A DNA stretch of 64,000 nt from Betaproteobacteria bacterium (GTDB lineage: Bacteria; Pseudomonadota; Gammaproteobacteria; Burkholderiales; Burkholderiaceae_C), in assembly GCA_016704535.1 (NCBI GenBank), contig JADIZZ010000007.1, positions 223,866 to 287,865 of the forward strand, written 5' to 3'. The position numbers and the translations under genes are program-made. Position 1 is the stretch's first letter. Every line of letters begins with the position of its first letter. The notes beneath the pieces are model-generated. The model did no database searches and was not told the DNA's origin. It saw only the letters and a program-made list of their open reading frames with translations. This document shows, piece by piece, positions 63,908 to 64,000 of the stretch.

Positions 63908-64000
63908 AGCGGCACAGCGCTTGCCGTCACGCGCTCGCGCAGGGCAGGGTGCAAGCTCGCTTCGGTAACGACATCGACGCGGCGGCCTAGCAATTCCTGC
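63904..64000 (-). CDS. mntA: MNT-type nucleotidyltransferase antitoxin, C-terminal fragment (the rest lies outside the window)
   Basis: Manual translation gives QELLGRRVDVVTEASLHPALRERVTASAVPL*, the typical C-terminus of MntA-like minimal nucleotidyltransferases. Confidence 0.65.
   Translation of the reverse strand, partial: QELLGRRVDVVTEASLHPALRERVTASAVPL

Overview
This is a very GC-rich chromosomal window; third codon positions are almost all G/C. It is densely coding, with about 63 protein genes and one tRNA. Gene order suggests a betaproteobacterium of the order Burkholderiales (petABC-sspAB, DUF971-ubiE-Tim44-ubiJ-ubiB, FmdB-DUF502-aspS-nudB). That placement is inferred from synteny, not from a search.

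Most of the window is housekeeping:
- HtrA-like protease, Nif3, pdxA, mscL
- cytochrome bc1 genes petABC, sspAB, tRNA-Thr, dciA, secA, argJ
- the ugpBAECQ glycerol-3-phosphate uptake operon
- ubiquinone genes ubiE/ubiJ/ubiB, aspS, nudB, clsB, phoH-ybeY, lipB

Accessory or unusual content:
1. A minus-strand operon phyH-URC1-URC4-upp (URC-type pyrimidine catabolism). It lies divergent to a TonB-dependent receptor plus an orphan BMP nucleoside-binding protein. This is my best candidate for an under-described system.
2. A roughly 1,327-codon DUF3683/GlcD/GlcF-type oxidoreductase gene broken by two +1 frame breaks, both at a GAAGGG(G) run. The second break is followed directly by a stop codon.
3. 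A Phd/CcdA-chimeric antitoxin with a CcdB toxin, inserted between aspS and nudB, with an operator-like repeat array upstream.
4. A 7.6 kb block (EpsD-type isomerase, csp, galE-manC-rfbBDAC) splitting the ubi cluster.
5. A run of three secreted proteins ending in a PA-domain HExxH metalloprotease.
6. A split and incomplete ligase-associated DNA-damage-response cluster.
7. A HepT toxin gene with an in-frame TAG, next to a partial MNT gene at the window edge.

I saw no CRISPR array, rRNA, transposase or integrase. All family assignments come from reading the supplied translations and recognising motifs. No BLAST or HMM search could be run. I cannot show that any single locus is truly novel, and the ranking reflects that.
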